This document shows positions 49,028 through 63,125 of a stretch of 64,000 nt of DNA, one piece after another. A program made the position numbers and the translations under genes. How positions within the stretch are numbered: position 1 is the stretch's first letter; every line of letters begins with the position of its first letter. The notes under the pieces are model-generated. The model saw nothing but the letters and a program-made list of their open reading frames with translations, made no database searches and was not told where the DNA came from. This DNA is from Phoronis australis (taxonomy: Eukaryota > Animalia > Phoronida): the NCBI GenBank assembly GCA_002633005.1, contig NMRA01000325.1, positions 390,836 to 454,835 on the forward strand, read 5' to 3'.

Positions 49028-50703
49028 TCTCCATCCAACCCCCTGCCCTGTACTTCCACTTCATCCGGGCTCTGGTGGGGAACTTAACCCGAAGCCCATC
49101 AGATCCCCAGCATAACATTTTCATTGCATCTGGGGTCTAGAGAAGGTCTATTAGTCGGCTTTCACTGCAGCCATATGTCATTGGTGCTCTGTTCACAGTT
49201 TCACAGGCTTCTTGTTTACACCTATTTATGTGTTTAAAGCAGTCCTTCAAACACTAAATATTTGTGTCATCTGTAGTTGGAAACTCGACATTCACTAGGT
49301 GACGCTAATAAATAAAGGTTTCTCTTTTTGATGTGAATGGATTAAGAGCAGAAAGCAGTTCATGGAACATTGGTATGACAAGGGATCCGTGTGATTTACT
49401 TGAATGCAGGCATTTCTAGAGGAAGTGTCATTTGTTTTGCTAGTGACACTTAGTGAATTTTTAGTTCCCTATTGCAGCCTCAGTGAAGCAGCATATTAAT
49501 ACCGATCAGGGCCTAAACATCTCGATTTTAGGTATTACACAATGGCCAGAAATTTACAATTAAACTTAAATTTTTGGACATTATAACTCTATTGTTATAC
49601 TTGAGTGAGGAACTGAGACCCTAGTCCATGACTGCTAAGTTTCTTGGCATTGACTCGACTGGAAAATTGAAAAATCGCTTACCACACATTGAGCTATCGG
49701 TCAATTTCTAGTCGAGTATCGGGTAAACATTGGTGAGCACATACCCCGATTGTCTTGGATGCAGTGGTGCTCAATAAAATGTAAGTAACCAAGTTCACAA
49801 AAAAGGAATTGGGTTGCTTGTTGGTTTGACCATTTTCTTTACTTATACTTATACCAGTGTACAGTGGATGAATTGTTTGAAGTGATATGGAGTGCTATGT
49901 AAAAAAAAATAATATTTTGTACATTTTTGTGATATGAAGGCATTCTTTACTAACCACAGCTTTTCCACTTTATTTTGCATATGTGTTGTTATTCTTGTAA
50001 TCAACTGCTAAGTTATCGTCTTTGTAATTATTACTTATATCGGTCTTACTATCATTTAAGTAAAGTCCTTGCGTTCGAAGCCTCTTAATATGTAGCTTCA
50101 TAGTGCTAACTAAAGATTAACTAAGTTTGAGGTGCCAGTTTAACATGCTATAAAAACACCTATAAGCTCCTAGTACACAGTGCCATCGTTGAAAACTAAA
50201 AAGTGCTTGTAAACATATGTCAGAATTTGAGTTTTATCTGTTCTAAATGCATTGTCAGAGCAAAATAATTTTCACTTTTAACATACATGATATTTCCTTA
50301 ACATGACTGCTATACTAGTTGTAAGCCATGGTTTTGCAAGCGCAGTCTCGCATCAGGGTTCATTATTAAAGTCTTCAAGAACGCTATTTGTCATATTTTG
50401 TCTCGTTACATTTAGGTTATGAAGGACCCTCCTTAAATGTCCAAATTTGAAAATTAAAAGCACCCTTAAAAACCCATTGATTATTGTTTATTATTATTTT
50501 ATGTGCCAGCAGTTGCTGCAAATACAAGTGTCAGGTTGAAAAATGAGAGACAGGGCATGTAGTTTCTAAACCAATGATTTTCACTTGTGATTGTAGTCAC
50601 AATTCACTACTAAAGCCCTATTTACCATGTACATAGTTGGACACAAAACGTTTGCTTGATTTTGGTTAACCCATGTATCTATTGGCACCCATTTGGACTT
50701 TTC

Positions 50704-50771
50704 AAGTCATGTGACTAGATTGACTGACTTCATAAGTCATGTGACTAGATTGACTGACTTCATAAGTCATG
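50704..50771. repeat. 30-bp tandem repeat x2.3
   Basis: AAGTCATGTGACTAGATTGACTGACTTCAT repeated. Confidence 0.9.
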
Positions 50772-53565
50772 GAACTCGCCCTTGGCTAATGAAAATCAGC
50801 TGATGTATTCTGTTATGTATGTGATTTTGATACCACACTTTGTGCCGTTAATGAAATTATGCATCGCTCAAAGTAAAATTATATGCAAGTAAAATTGTAT
50901 GCACTGTGGGAATAACTATTTAGGAATGAGTAGTTGAATGCATTACTCATGATGCGACTGTTTAAAGTCATGTAGCACACATGCCACAGGTATTTTTGAA
51001 GGTCACAAGTTGTTGGATTTCCATCCTTCAAAGAATAGCATTAAAATCATTGCAGTGATCATGCGGTCCTGTCAAAAGTGCCAACGTCAAATGAGACTAA
51101 ATTATATTTGGTTAGTAGCAAATCTGTGGTTCATTGTGAAAAAGGGAATATCAGCTATTAAATAGCTCCCAAGTGTACGTGAATTTCTGACAGATTTCCA
51201 ATCTAGTGTTGTATGCATCTTAAAGTGGTAGGAATTTCATTGCTATTTATTTACAGGGTATTCCTTGTATGTATTGCTTCGCGTACAATAGAACAATTTT
51301 GTAGAGTAAAATATTTTCTGTGGAATGCTCTGTTGGACAACATTGCGTGGATTCAGTTGTTTATATACCGTCTTTTGTTAATAGTTTGTTATGTTGTTGA
51401 CACCTTAAAATTTTATTAAATGTTACTGTATACAGTCCTGGTCTTTTAAGATATGTTGGACACTGAATAATGTAAATATCTTGGAATATGTACACCATAT
51501 CTCCCCTTGTACATGCAATGAATAAAGGAAGTGATTCCCAGTATATTTGACCACTGTATATTTACACAAGATGAAGCAATACACAGTACAATACAGAAAA
51601 ATTGAATCAAATACTGAAATTTTCTTAAGTTAGCAATGTTGCGTTTGTCTCTCATGGACCTCAGCTTGGCCAGACGACACAGCGTTGCTAATTCAAGTAT
51701 TAAGCAAATTCCAGTTTTTGACTCAAATTTTCTCAAAACATGTTTTTATACAAAGCAGGGTCCTTGACCACCGCAACTGAGGACAGCTTGTATTGGCAGA
51801 AATATTAATCAATATGTTTGAACAAAGAAAATGTTTTTAAGTGCAACATACGCAGTTGGTTCCACCATTTTCAAGGTTCAATTCTCCAAGAATCCTTTTT
51901 TCCTCGGTAAAGGTGAAACTGGCGCACAATAACGCGTAACTGTTTTATTGGATATAACCCAAGGTAATAATGTAGCTGCCATTTTGCTATGGCTCAACAA
52001 TCTACGAGATTTTCCTGAGATTTGATGCAAGAAACATTTGTTAGTTATTTTCAATTGGTTGTTCTCGTAATATTTGACTGACATAATTCTTTTGATTTCT
52101 TGCACAATTGGTTATAGATGTGTTGTTGAATGCAAAACCCCGTGTTCCTCAGTCTGTTCAACAACTGTGTCTTCATTTTTATTACCAACCTCACTCTATC
52201 AATTTCATTGTCACAATCGTGTTTCTCATTCAATTCCAACCATTATTTTCTGCTGAGTGCATGTACTGACCAATATACCAACAAGCATCACCAATATTGA
52301 CAAGTTGTAAGTGTTGTCATGCTGATCAGCACATGGGCATCACCCTCACACAGCATGACCGCATCCATCAAAATTTTAAGAGCTTTGACCGGGTAATGAA
52401 TGGTGTCCTTAATGCCCTGGTCGTTTTTTATCCAATTTCTAATCATTTTTTACACTCAGCAGGGCAAATCTGTTCACAGCACACCTTGAGACTACCAAAA
52501 CAAATAATTTTTGTCCAAGCACTTGAAGTCTTCAATTTCAACATCCATTTTGTAAAAAACAAAAAGCTAACAAAACTCAATGCCCCAACAATTCACATCT
52601 TGACTTCCCTAATGATAATTAGTGCCAATATTTGCTTACTGGAATTTTTCCACTTCTGTCAAATGTATTGCAAATTTCACAGTTCATTTCAACAAAGTGC
52701 CATCTTTAAAACTAAACTCTCAAATGGTTTTTACTGACAGAAACAACTGGAGACAAGTAGAAAAAGTTTACAAGGAAGACGTGAACTTCAAGAGCTTCAA
52801 CTAACATTCGAATGAATAATCAATGAGAATACAACGTGCTCGACGTGCCTGGTCTGTAGCAACAGGCTGATGAAAGCAATCAACATGGTTTTGCTCAAAG
52901 TGACAGTTGAATGCAAGCTTTCAAATACGATAAAAATCCCTTCTATTTAGGACAGAGGTAATTGCTAAAAATACCAAAAGTAAAATAAATTTCCTGGAAA
53001 GTTATTTTTGGTGAGGAATGTTGTGAATTTAAATTGAACTTTTGCACCATCTTGTGCGCCATCTTGCGTCAAAGACTGGGAGAATTTTGAAAATAATCTC
53101 CCTGGCCAGAGGTGCTTTTCTAATACTGCTCAAAGATATCCTCTGTGTGATGAAATTTTATTATTTCAAAGAATCTGTTGCAAAAAAGGAAATCCAAGAA
53201 GTTTTGCCAAATCTGACAAGGAGTTGTTTGCAAAGGTGAAGGCACTTGGTAATGAGAAAACATTGTTTATAACAAGAGAGCACCAAAGCTTACATTAACA
53301 GCTGAAAAACAATAACAACAACAACAGGCCACAACACCGCACTCTGAGACAGTGACACAAGCAACACTTAACATATAAAGCATTCCCTGAATGATACTCA
53401 AACAGTTGCGAACCCATAACAGCTGAAGTCACACTGGCTATTTCAATAATTTAAACCACTTTTTGGTGACCTTCAGTTAATGTTTTAAACTGACCGGCTG
53501 CATGCAGTGATATATACCCCATGGTCAGTTGCGCAGAGCTGACATTACATTATAGTCTTGCTCTA

Positions 53566-53765
53566 TCAATCTCCACCCACTTCTACCATAGTCATGTATC
53601 GTTTATTGTGCTCCGGCACTTTGAACATCGGTCCATGTCCTGGAATGATAACGTCGGCCATCTTTAATACCTCAATACGGCTCAAATGCTGTAGTTCGGG
53701 TTGTTCACTCAACTCTTGCCATACTTCTGGGGTTTCTAAATCCTCATAACATTCAAACAAATCAC
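53566..53765 (-). CDS. MBLAC1: MBLAC1 last coding exon
   Basis: GDLFECYEDL...ADVIIPGHGPMFKVP...GGD*. Confidence 0.88.
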
Positions 53766-56700
53766 CTGGAACAAACCAAGAGTCCTCAAAATGACATCAT
53801 GTATAAGTGAGAGCAGCTAGGTCACAAGTCGTGATATCAAGATGGTGTCTGTAAGTTGTTTGGGTCCATTAAGCCAAGACATTTAGGTTCAGCAAACTAA
53901 GTCCCACAGGACAGAAGACCTGTGTTCTTTTCACAATAACACAACCACTTCATGGTACGATGATGACAATTATATGTCTCCAGCTCACTCCCCCATCACT
54001 CACCCACATGCTAAAAGTTAAAACCATGCCAAGAGAGTGAGGAAAAATCCTGAATTCTGTGTCAATGACGACAAAGTGTTATTGCTTCTTTAGCCTGTTA
54101 AACAGCGCTGCAACAGCTTGTGATCAATGGTGTTTGTCTGACCTGATACACACCAAAGGGGAACTTTACTAGGAACATCATTAAATGACAACCACAGGGA
54201 CAGAGGTCTTATCTGAATTCTTCAGCAGGTCACATTTTTGAAAATGACAGCAAAACCTTAGTCAACCACGAACTGTCATTCTGTGTCACAACACAGTAAA
54301 TAATCTGTCTTTTATCACAGGTTTGCGAAACAAACCCTAGTTTTATTGTACTCCATTCCAAAGTGAATTACAGACAGGCATGGTGGGTCATGTGTTATTT
54401 AGAGGCCTTTGGTAAAATTCAGGAATTTTCATAGCCTCAATCGAGAAAACAGTATGCGAGGTGCGGTCCAGATGACAGTGCAAATGACCAAGTTTTTCCA
54501 TATGTGGTAAATACAGGCAGATCGATTCGAAATCAAAGAATAATATCAGCATTACGATTGGTTAACAGAGCTTTGACCCCATGACCAGTGAGGAAACACT
54601 ACACAGTGCAATGCTACTATTAACGGCAGTAATCAGGAAAACATGCATGTGTTTATACAACGCTGGGACTCGAAAATTATGCGAAAGAGAATTCTGACGA
54701 CTTAAAGAACGAATTTCAATAGTGAATTAAGAAGCAAGCATAGAATGTTCTCTTTGCCAGTACAAGTAATAAAAAGGTAGCGACTATGCTAAAATCACAG
54801 TGCTTGGCAAATCATTCACCATGTATTTACTTCTTAGAAAGACATTGAATTTCAGGCGTGATTCTCAAGTGGAATAAAGCCGTGTGCCAACATCAAATCA
54901 CAATGGTCCAACTGAGACACTTGCCCTATGGTATAAATGCATTCATCAGCTAAATTCCTCATGTGGGGCTTAATTGGGCCTTTGCACAGACAAACCCATA
55001 CAAGATGCATCCAATTCTGAGGCTAAAGAGGGGCCTTTATTCATTAGCGCCACCTAGTGAGTATCAAGTTGCTAATTGGTTCTGTTCATACCAACAACAG
55101 CCACAGTTCCCAGACTAGTTTCCTTGACAACAACAGTAACGTCTTGACTGGTATGACCAGGAGTGGCTATCACCTCCACATGTTCCCCAATCTCAAACGG
55201 AATGCCCTGAAATAATGTAGGACAGTCTTGACTTGCAGATGTTTTGTGAGCCCATAAAAAGGCTTTAGAGTTAGACACTGGGACGTTGGGACAGCCACAA
55301 AACAGCTAGGTGTCACCAACTTTTACATTTTGAATGCCATTCTCACATATACAGCTATTAAAGGTAATTCTCTACTTAACAGAAATTAAATTGCTTTCTG
55401 CTGATCAATATGAAAGTACTTTGCCCCATCGTTAATGATACACTCTTTTGAACATTTCACTCTTATTGACACCACACTCATCTCATTCATCTCATGTTTA
55501 CAACAAGATGAGACATCCCATATGAATGGATGAATTGAGTGGTGAATATACAATGTTCAGAAATTCCCACCAAGAAGCATCGAGTGAAATAAAAGAGGGT
55601 AAAATAAGTTATTTTTACAAATAGTTTTGGGTGATCGAAATGAGATGAGTGTGCAAAATAAATGGAAAATTACCGTAGAGTAAATATGTTGGATCTTTAT
55701 CTCAAGAACAGCTGTTAAGAACGATTCAACTTAATTTGAAGTAGTTCAAGGGTCTATGTCATGAAAGCGACTTAAGCCTTTAAGACAGAAATATGTTCAG
55801 ACGTTCCCACTTCAGAACTGATGAAAAACATGTTTAGCCAATAAATTATTAGCGCATGACAGTCTAGAAATAATTCATAGAAATTATTTCACAAACTAGC
55901 AGTTATACGTGTAGTCTGGGACACTTTGGACTTCCCCACAAGTGACATTTCATTATTTTTCTGAAATAGTTGCATGGAGTGCAAGACCAAATTCCTGACA
56001 TAAGTTTTTGGGTCACTTTTCATGAAACAGACCTCTGAATGAAATTCAGTCACTTCATTGAGAAGAGGTATTTTGTGACTTTCACAAACTGACAAAAGTC
56101 TATCGAAATTTTAGTACAATGCAAAGTTCTGAAATGCGCCCATGTGTTATATTTCTACGGGTGTTTAATAGCAACAAGAATGGTCATTAGATAGAGCAGA
56201 ATACGACAAAACCATCTGAAAATGAGAAAACATCGTCACCTTCCTAACAGAGAACCAGTTAGCTAAATTTCACGACGGTATGTCAAAGAATTCCAAAGAT
56301 ACAGAAGCAAATGCAACAAAGTAAAATTACCACAAGGAAGCACAACAAAGTAGAAGTCATTATCTGCTGTCAAGTTCATCGCAATATATTTGACAAATTT
56401 TACAAATGATCATGCAAGGAATCAGGGAGATTGTGCTGCAGATGTAATAAAACGCCACTAGGGGGTAGCACAGTAGTTGGATCTACACAAAACTAACATT
56501 AGTCATCCTCTTATCAGTAGGATCCATCATACAGACAATCAAAATAATAGGTTACATACACTTTTGAAGTCATGTATAGTGAATGTATCTCCTTTGCTGA
56601 TGTCATGCGACACAATGTGAGTGGCCTCAAGAAACAGGTTCAAGTTGCCCACGTGGTCTGAGTGACCATGGGTGCACACCACGTAGTCAATGCTCTCCGG

Positions 56701-59061
56701 ACTAACGCCGTTCTCTTTCAAGCCTGAAAGAATATCAGAGTGCTAGTCTTAAATATGATACAACTGCATGCCTACCACAGAACTGCAACTGCATGTCCTA
56801 CACAGAACTGCAACTATGCCCACGAGAGAATTGCAACAAAACTATTAAGCAAAACACATCAAGACGCAGTAGAAAACGTCTGAAGACTTGTTGAGCACTT
56901 GAAAACAATGAGCTTCAACTTAAAAGCTAAATAAACAGTTGACAGTGTTTGTTTTTATGAATTTTTCCCTAAATCTCATTGGGAAAAGCAGTGAAACTAT
57001 AAAGCAAGACCATTTAACTAATTCTCTCATGATTTTGATGTGACTTTCTTCCCAATTTTTTACATATCTATGAATACCGTACTATAGACTTTACAAGATA
57101 ATCTGCTTTTTGAAAAAGTAAATGCAGGAGTAAAACTCACGACTGATGATAACGTCTCTGTCCCATGGACTTCCAGTGTCAACTAGTATGTTGTGCGGTC
57201 CTTTAAGTAGAGTCACACTTCCATCAGACTTCCAGGTACCTGGGTTTTCAAGAAAAGCAGAACACCACAATGACAAAACTAGTAACAATTTAAAGTCACG
57301 CAATTGGTTTATTAATTTTGATTCTTTTGTTCTTCTGAATCAGTATTTTTTTACTTCCCAATTCAAATAAAGATCCCCGAGGACAAGTCTCAGCGATTGT
57401 CTTACCTTACTAAACACTTTAAATCGGTAAATAAAACAACAAGAATGGATCAACTGAAAATTTTAAATTTCAGTTGATCCATTCTTGTTGTTTTATTTAC
57501 CGATTAATATTCTTCATTTCATGAAACAATACTATCCTTGGGAGGATCTGGATCGCCTTATTTAGTTTCAGATATATTTTCTACGTTATTAAACACTTTA
57601 AAAGATTCAATAAATGTAAATGTAAATATACAAGCAAACTGGGTTTTACATTAAACAAAAAAAACACGTAAAACGCATGGTATTACAAAAATTGTTCTAT
57701 ACATTTCAGAAAATAGGAGAGATATTGTTACAAAGGTCTAAATTTGACTTCATTTTCAATTCCACCAAGGTTAAGAAGACCAGTATTGTTATATTGATAG
57801 GAGAGGTGCACGTAATGGAGTAGAGACATCCAGATGAACATTCAACAAAATGATTGACTTTGCAAATTCCTTGCCTGATTGGAAACGCAGTTGAAACCCC
57901 AGCACCAGGGTACCGGTGACTGTGCAAATTATACCCCAAGTCGGCTTAACTTGAATATGCAACAGAAATTCTCCAGTTTCTTTGGGACACCAAACTTCAA
58001 ACCAAATTTGAATTTTCTCTATCCCGAGGATTTGGACATTGGCAGTTTTGGACTTCGTCATATTTCTCAAATATCAGAGACTGCATTTTGCATTAGAGGG
58101 TGAATATGGCAGTTCATAAAGTTGCTGAAAATAGACCATAGGGGCTCTTTAAACGTATGTAAAACTTGAAATAGGATCAAAAGTGCATCCCACTAACTTC
58201 CCGTTTTTATTGTCATCTCAGTCCTTACCCTAAAACCAGACAAGCAGCTGACATCGGACACTGACTACGCTAAAAACAGGAACCAATATAGTTCTTAGGC
58301 TGAAGGCAATCACAAATAGTGTTGACGAATGCGTGCCATTCTTTGGCTAACACTGAGGGTCCTTAAGTTAAAACTCAACAGGAGCAATGCACAGCATCAA
58401 TAATCAGACGCGATTGCACTGCAAAGAGTTTGCTTCTGGGGGTTTAACAACTATCAATCATTGTGATTACCTAAATTAACAATGTTCTCACAGCAACGTA
58501 ATATGGCGTGAAAAGTCAAATTCAAGTATCACTTGTCGGATGACAGGTAATGTCAAAAAATTTTCTCAAGAAAGAAGTTGCAGTTTTCCAATTGAAAACA
58601 TTACAGGCAATGATAATAAAGTTTTATGATCTGGAGAGTGTAGAGAGATCACTCAGGGCTGGCTGGGTTTTCAGATCTTGTGCAGAAAAGAGCGAAAGCC
58701 AAATTTATGCTTCCATATAGATACACTCCTTTGTCAAGTGCGGCACCTTTTACATTTTGCTCACATGGATCTGAGACGACCAAGCATTACAAGATTCAAC
58801 ATCAAAACTGAAAAATAGAGTGTCACCTTACACTTTCCAATTACATGTGATGTAATGGATCAACATATTTTCCAGTTGTTTCTCAAGCAAAGTTTGGTGG
58901 TGATAGTCAAGGCCTGGGTGTAAGATGCAAAACTGATAGCGCCTGGCAAATGGCACCTGCCATGATGTTTTCATTAAAGAAATTAGTTTTGTTGTCACGT
59001 TACCTGGCCCAACTTGTTTACTGTACCCAACAATTAAAACAATGACTTCATATGTAGACAT
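53566..59061 (-). CDS. MBLAC1: Metallo-beta-lactamase domain-containing protein 1 homolog, 5 coding exons, ~211 aa
   Basis: Exons 59061-59004, 57239-57141, 56723-56560, 55206-55092, 53765-53566 join in frame (636 nt) with GT-AG sites. Motifs ILVDTGSPWD, CTHGHSDHVGNLNLF (HxHxDH), TPGHT, GDLFE, IIPGHG. Confidence 0.93.
55092..55206 (-). CDS. MBLAC1: MBLAC1 coding exon 4
   Basis: GIPFEIGEHVEVIATPGHTSQDVTVVVKETSLGTVAVV. Confidence 0.92.
56560..56723 (-). CDS. MBLAC1: MBLAC1 coding exon 3
   Basis: LKENGVSPESIDYVVCTHGHSDHVGNLNLFLEATHIVSHDISKGDTFTIHDFKS. Confidence 0.94.
57141..57239 (-). CDS. MBLAC1: MBLAC1 coding exon 2
   Basis: GTWKSDGSVTLLKGPHNILVDTGSPWDRDVIIS |GTGAGT. Confidence 0.93.
57422..57505. 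repeat. Perfect 38-bp-arm inverted repeat (84-bp hairpin) in an MBLAC1 intron
   Basis: AATCGGTAAATAAAACAACAAGAATGGATCAACTGAAA-ATTTTAAA-TTTCAGTTGATCCATTCTTGTTGTTTTATTTACCGATT. Confidence 0.95.
57700..58152 (-). mobile_element. One end of a Kolobok-like non-autonomous DNA transposon
   Basis: Minus strand begins TTAA|AGAGCCCCTATGGTCTATTTTCAGC (TTAA target plus RR terminus). The partner TIR was not clearly found and the left boundary is approximate. Confidence 0.35.
59004..59061 (-). CDS. MBLAC1: MBLAC1 coding exon 1 (whole exon 59004-59114)
   Basis: MSTYEVIVLIVGYSKQVGP, donor CAG|GTAACG; acceptor TTTTATTTCAG at 59115. Confidence 0.85.
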
Positions 59062-59742
59062 TATCGGACCACTGGCAGCTAGGCATACATATAACCTGCA
59101 TCCATCAAATTGATCTGAAATAAAATGAATCAAAATTAATTACCGCTTTTCTCATCTTATATTGGACACTATATAGAATTGCTGAGTATAGTCCCGACTC
59201 CAGTTGTAAGTTCAAACAGTACACGCCCGAAGTGATGTGAGTGTCATGAGAAATAGGTGAAGCCCGGTGAAATACTTCTTAAAAGCAACCACTTGTTTAG
59301 AAGTCCATGCTAAAAGCAAACAATGGTGAAATGCAACTTGAAGTTAACAATACGCCAGAATTTATTAATTTTACTAACTTGAAGTTGAATTTTACCACTG
59401 TACGTCTGTCAATTTTAAATTTGAAGCTGGAAAGAATTAGGGTCATCCTGGACTGGGCTATTCATGATACACATGTGGGTAATAAAATACAATCATCTTC
59501 ACAACCACGGACATAAACCCTTTGCTAAAATGTGTTTGGTTACACAGTCCAACAGGGACACTTGTATGACTGAGCAGGATTCACAAAGAACTACTTTCAC
59601 TGACCTTGCATGTTAATTTCAAAAGGCCAATTGTGTGTGAACAACACACGTCTTGTGTGCTCCATAATAACCAATTTCCCCAGAAGACACGTCACCTGTT
59701 CACAAGTTATATCTGATTTGCTTCCGATTCCTGTCTGCTTAC

Positions 59743-59901
59743 CTCTTGTGTTTGGAGTCCATGCTCGGATAATTGCAAGACCACTCGGTGATGACTTGGG
59801 ATTTTACACAAAATCTGGGATCGTATTGACGATCTTCAGGTCGTGCCCTGAACTCTGCAGCATTTTTATGTTGCGAATGAATTTGATGTTGCTGTTGGTA
59901 A
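59743..59901 (-). other. Candidate MBLAC1 5' UTR exon (159 nt)
   Basis: Acceptor TTCTCTTTTGAAACCATTACCAG and strong donor GAG|GTAAGC. Confidence 0.5.
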
Positions 59902-61939
59902 CTGGTAATGGTTTCAAAAGAGAATTATATCGTGGTAAGTAATATTATGAGACCCAAATTATGAGAGTTGAAGGCCCGATTCAATTTTTGTTTCATGTGC
60001 AAAAATTGGGGGGGAATAAAACAGTAATTTATAATTTTTATTTTGAAAGTTATTAAATAGCATATTTAAAAAGTTTGTGAAATGTACACATGGTTAGGTT
60101 TTTTGAATTTTGAAAATTGGGCAAGAAACGGGACTTTTATTATGTAAAACTAGAAAGTAGTCCACAGCCAATATTCTGCTTACGTTAATTCTGCTGGGCA
60201 CACAACACAATGGGCCAATTACCATGAGTCATAAACCAGCAGTCGGAAATCGAGGAAACGGTCAAGTGTCATTGTACAATTCTGGGCATGATTCTTTGAC
60301 AAGTTTTGTCCTCACTACTAATTAACTTTACAATATTTGTATAAAATGTAAATGCTCGAGGTAATCAGGGGGAGAAATGGGGACAATGAATCTGCACCTT
60401 CAGCCAAAAAACAACTGTTGATTTTGGTCATTTAGTAATTAAAAATCTTCTTGTCTTGTGTCCTTGAGAACTGAAATGTCTATTGTTTTCCACCTGACGC
60501 ACATAGCCAAGTTTTCCCCTGAGGCCAAAAGAGATGTTTTGAGTTAAGGAATTGCTGTTTGGATCATGGTGTTGTGCCTAATTCAATAACGCAAAGTAAA
60601 CATGTGGGGTGTCAAGTTTCTCCAGAAAGTAGTTTACGAGCAGAATGCATTGTGCTGGTTCCACGACTTTCACTCTTCAAATTAATGCAACTCCTCTCAT
60701 CTGGGATATTTTTTCATTTGAAGTTGTTAGAACAGAAAGGCAGCTTTGTCGCATCTGATCTGCGAAAACATGAATTTGTAACTTAACAGTGGACAGCCAT
60801 AACCAAACTGTATCTGAGACACATACATTCAATGTCGGCAGCCATGGTTGATCGTACCAAACAGTAGTGGGCAAAACTCAAGTCACATGACTCGTTTCAG
60901 GGGAAAACTTGATACCGTTTAGTTTCAGACGCCCACACAGTATGGTATGTTGCATACGGTAAAGTCTCACCAATTTTGGACACAATATAAGTAGTGCACA
61001 TGTCTCATTTTTGATGAATTATATCCAATACCAGAATGCAGATGCTTCGCCATGCTTGTTCTATATCTGATAACACAGACAGTCAATATTTTGAAAAACT
61101 GCGGGCAACATTTACAACAATATTAGCAGCCTTGAAAAATGAAAAAAGTGTAATTTTGGAAATTGTTTTTGTACGGAATTGCATTTTGGAGCAATCTGGT
61201 ACATTTCGATTCATTCTGAAGTATTAGATTAATAGTCAATGAAAAATTTTCATTTTGGTGATTATACTGTCTTGTTAAACTTGAGCAGCTCACAGGAGTT
61301 TACCACATACTGGCTCTGTTCCATAAGGCTTGTGGGCTTCCTATTGTGTGTTACTTTCACCCTCTCTGCTTGCATGCCCTAGCTTACTGCTGTCACCGTG
61401 ACTCCCCTGTTTACTTCAATTGCTTCCAAATATTCAGTCATTTAACCTATTACCTTGGTCTCTAAATATAATAACTGTTGTTAACTTGTTTGTGTGTTAT
61501 ATCTCTTGCTGATTTAATTACTACACAACTCCACACAGGACGGCAAGAGATTGTAAAGCCTTGGCACAAAGCAGTATACTAAAAGTTTTGACGATAGTCT
61601 TCATACAACAAGCTGTCCGGGTTGAGAATGTAGAGAGTACGAGCGAGTTGGTATACATTAAGCCGTCTGACAAAAAGCATTGTGCCTTCAACCAAGTTAA
61701 TGGGTCAATGAAGAGCTGCATGCTATTGAATAAATTATCGTTCGTCTTCTTCTTCCCAAATACAACGATCGTGGTATCGATCCTTAATTGTTGGCGCATT
61801 GTTAGTATAAAACTGAGGTGTACATAACTGTGAAAAATAACAATAAAACAAAGTGCTGGTAAGTGCCAAGATAAAACAGGTCTTAATGATTACTGTGTAA
61901 GATTGATGCTCAAGATGTGACTTGTGAATATTTCTATTG

Positions 61940-62655
61940 TTTCTGATGAGATGGCAAATTGTGGGAGTCTATTCCAGAGTAGAATGGCAGATGGAAAGAG
62001 TTTGCGTAGTATGCAGTGCTGATGAAAAATCTCTTAAAGGTATGACAGTGGGAGTTTCGTGATCTGGAGGTCTGAAGGAGTGGAAAGTATGAGTGAGGAA
62101 TAGCTACCAGGTTATGTACGGTCTTGTACGAGAAAGGGATATTGTTCTGAGCTCGTCTTTCCTGGAGTGTGGGCCAGTAGAGTTTTGAGCATGGATGAAA
62201 CGGAGGAGTACCTTGAGTGGTCATTTAAAACAAACCTGGCTGCTCTACGCTGTATTATTTCTATTTTTTCAATGTTTGTGCGAGTGGATGGATCTCTGAT
62301 GGAGGAAAAGTATCAGTTTTGGTCTATCAAATGAAGTGTAGGGAAGGGTTTTTGTTTTTTGAGCAGCATATTTGAGATTTCGTTTAATGAAGCCAAAAGT
62401 TTTGTTTGCCTTTGAGGTGATTGTGTCTATGAGTGTTCCACGATATATTGTTGGTGAGGGTGACCCCGAAGTATGGGGCTTCATTAATGCATTTGAGTGA
62501 AGTGTTGTGTAGGCTGTAATTTTATATTATGGGGGAACGTTTTCTGTGGATACGAAGAATATTGCATTTGGAGATATTAAAGTTCATTTTCCAGGAGTTT
62601 TCCCAAGAGGCTAGGGAAACTAAGTCTTGTTCAGAACTTGGCAATCGTGGGGGGA
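61940..62655 (-). mobile_element. Degenerate CR1-clade LINE ORF2 fragment (RT thumb / C-terminal region)
   Basis: Frameshifted pieces WENSWKMNFNISKCNILRIHRK, ITSKANKTFGFIKRNLK, IQRRAARFV, WPTLQERR, RNSH..F...STAYYANSF. Confidence 0.85.
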
Positions 62656-62975
62656 ACCGTTGTGCCAGAGGTTAGAAAAAGCCAGACAGGCCTGTAAAGC
62701 AGAGCAGTTAATTGACATCTAGTATGTAAATTGAACAGCAGAAAGTTGATGGCAAATATGTCAGGCTGGCTTTACTGCACTCACTCAGTTGACACAGACT
62801 ACGACAAAACACTACCGAAATTAGACAAACTCCCAAGGAACAGAAAACTATTGTATCTGCAAAAGTATAGTCATGCAGGTATCATATTTCCTGGGGTAAT
62901 ATTTGCCTTGCCAGCCACACCACGAGATCACAGACGCCTTTATCAGCCGCTCACCTTTATTATACTAGACCTACG

Positions 62976-63125
62976 CAGTGGCGGATTTAGAGGGGGGCCA
63001 AGTGGGTCATGTCCCCCCTAAAATTCTCCCAGCCGGCAGTTCGGGGGTGCGAATGTCTGACGGGCAAAATTTTGGCTCATACTCTGCCCTGCCCCACCCA
63101 ACTCAAAATCCTGGATCCGCCCCTG
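62976..63125. mobile_element. 150-bp hAT-like MITE with a 5-bp TSD
   Basis: TIRs CAGTGGCGGAT / ATCCGCCCCTG; flanked by CTACG on both sides (62971-62975 and 63126-63130). Confidence 0.85.

Noticed and set aside
52051-52250. Acidic, coding-looking minus-strand stretch as an extra MBLAC1 exon
   Set aside because: It needs a frameshift, has no compatible splice phase and no recognisable homology.
53563-53568. TGA followed by TAG at the MBLAC1 end as a selenocysteine codon
   Set aside because: It would be the terminal residue with no redox motif, and no SECIS was recognised; a tandem stop is simpler.
61521-61827. Overlapping 88-92 aa ORFs on both strands
   Set aside because: No recognisable motifs or consistent splice sites; probably chance ORFs or a repeat remnant.
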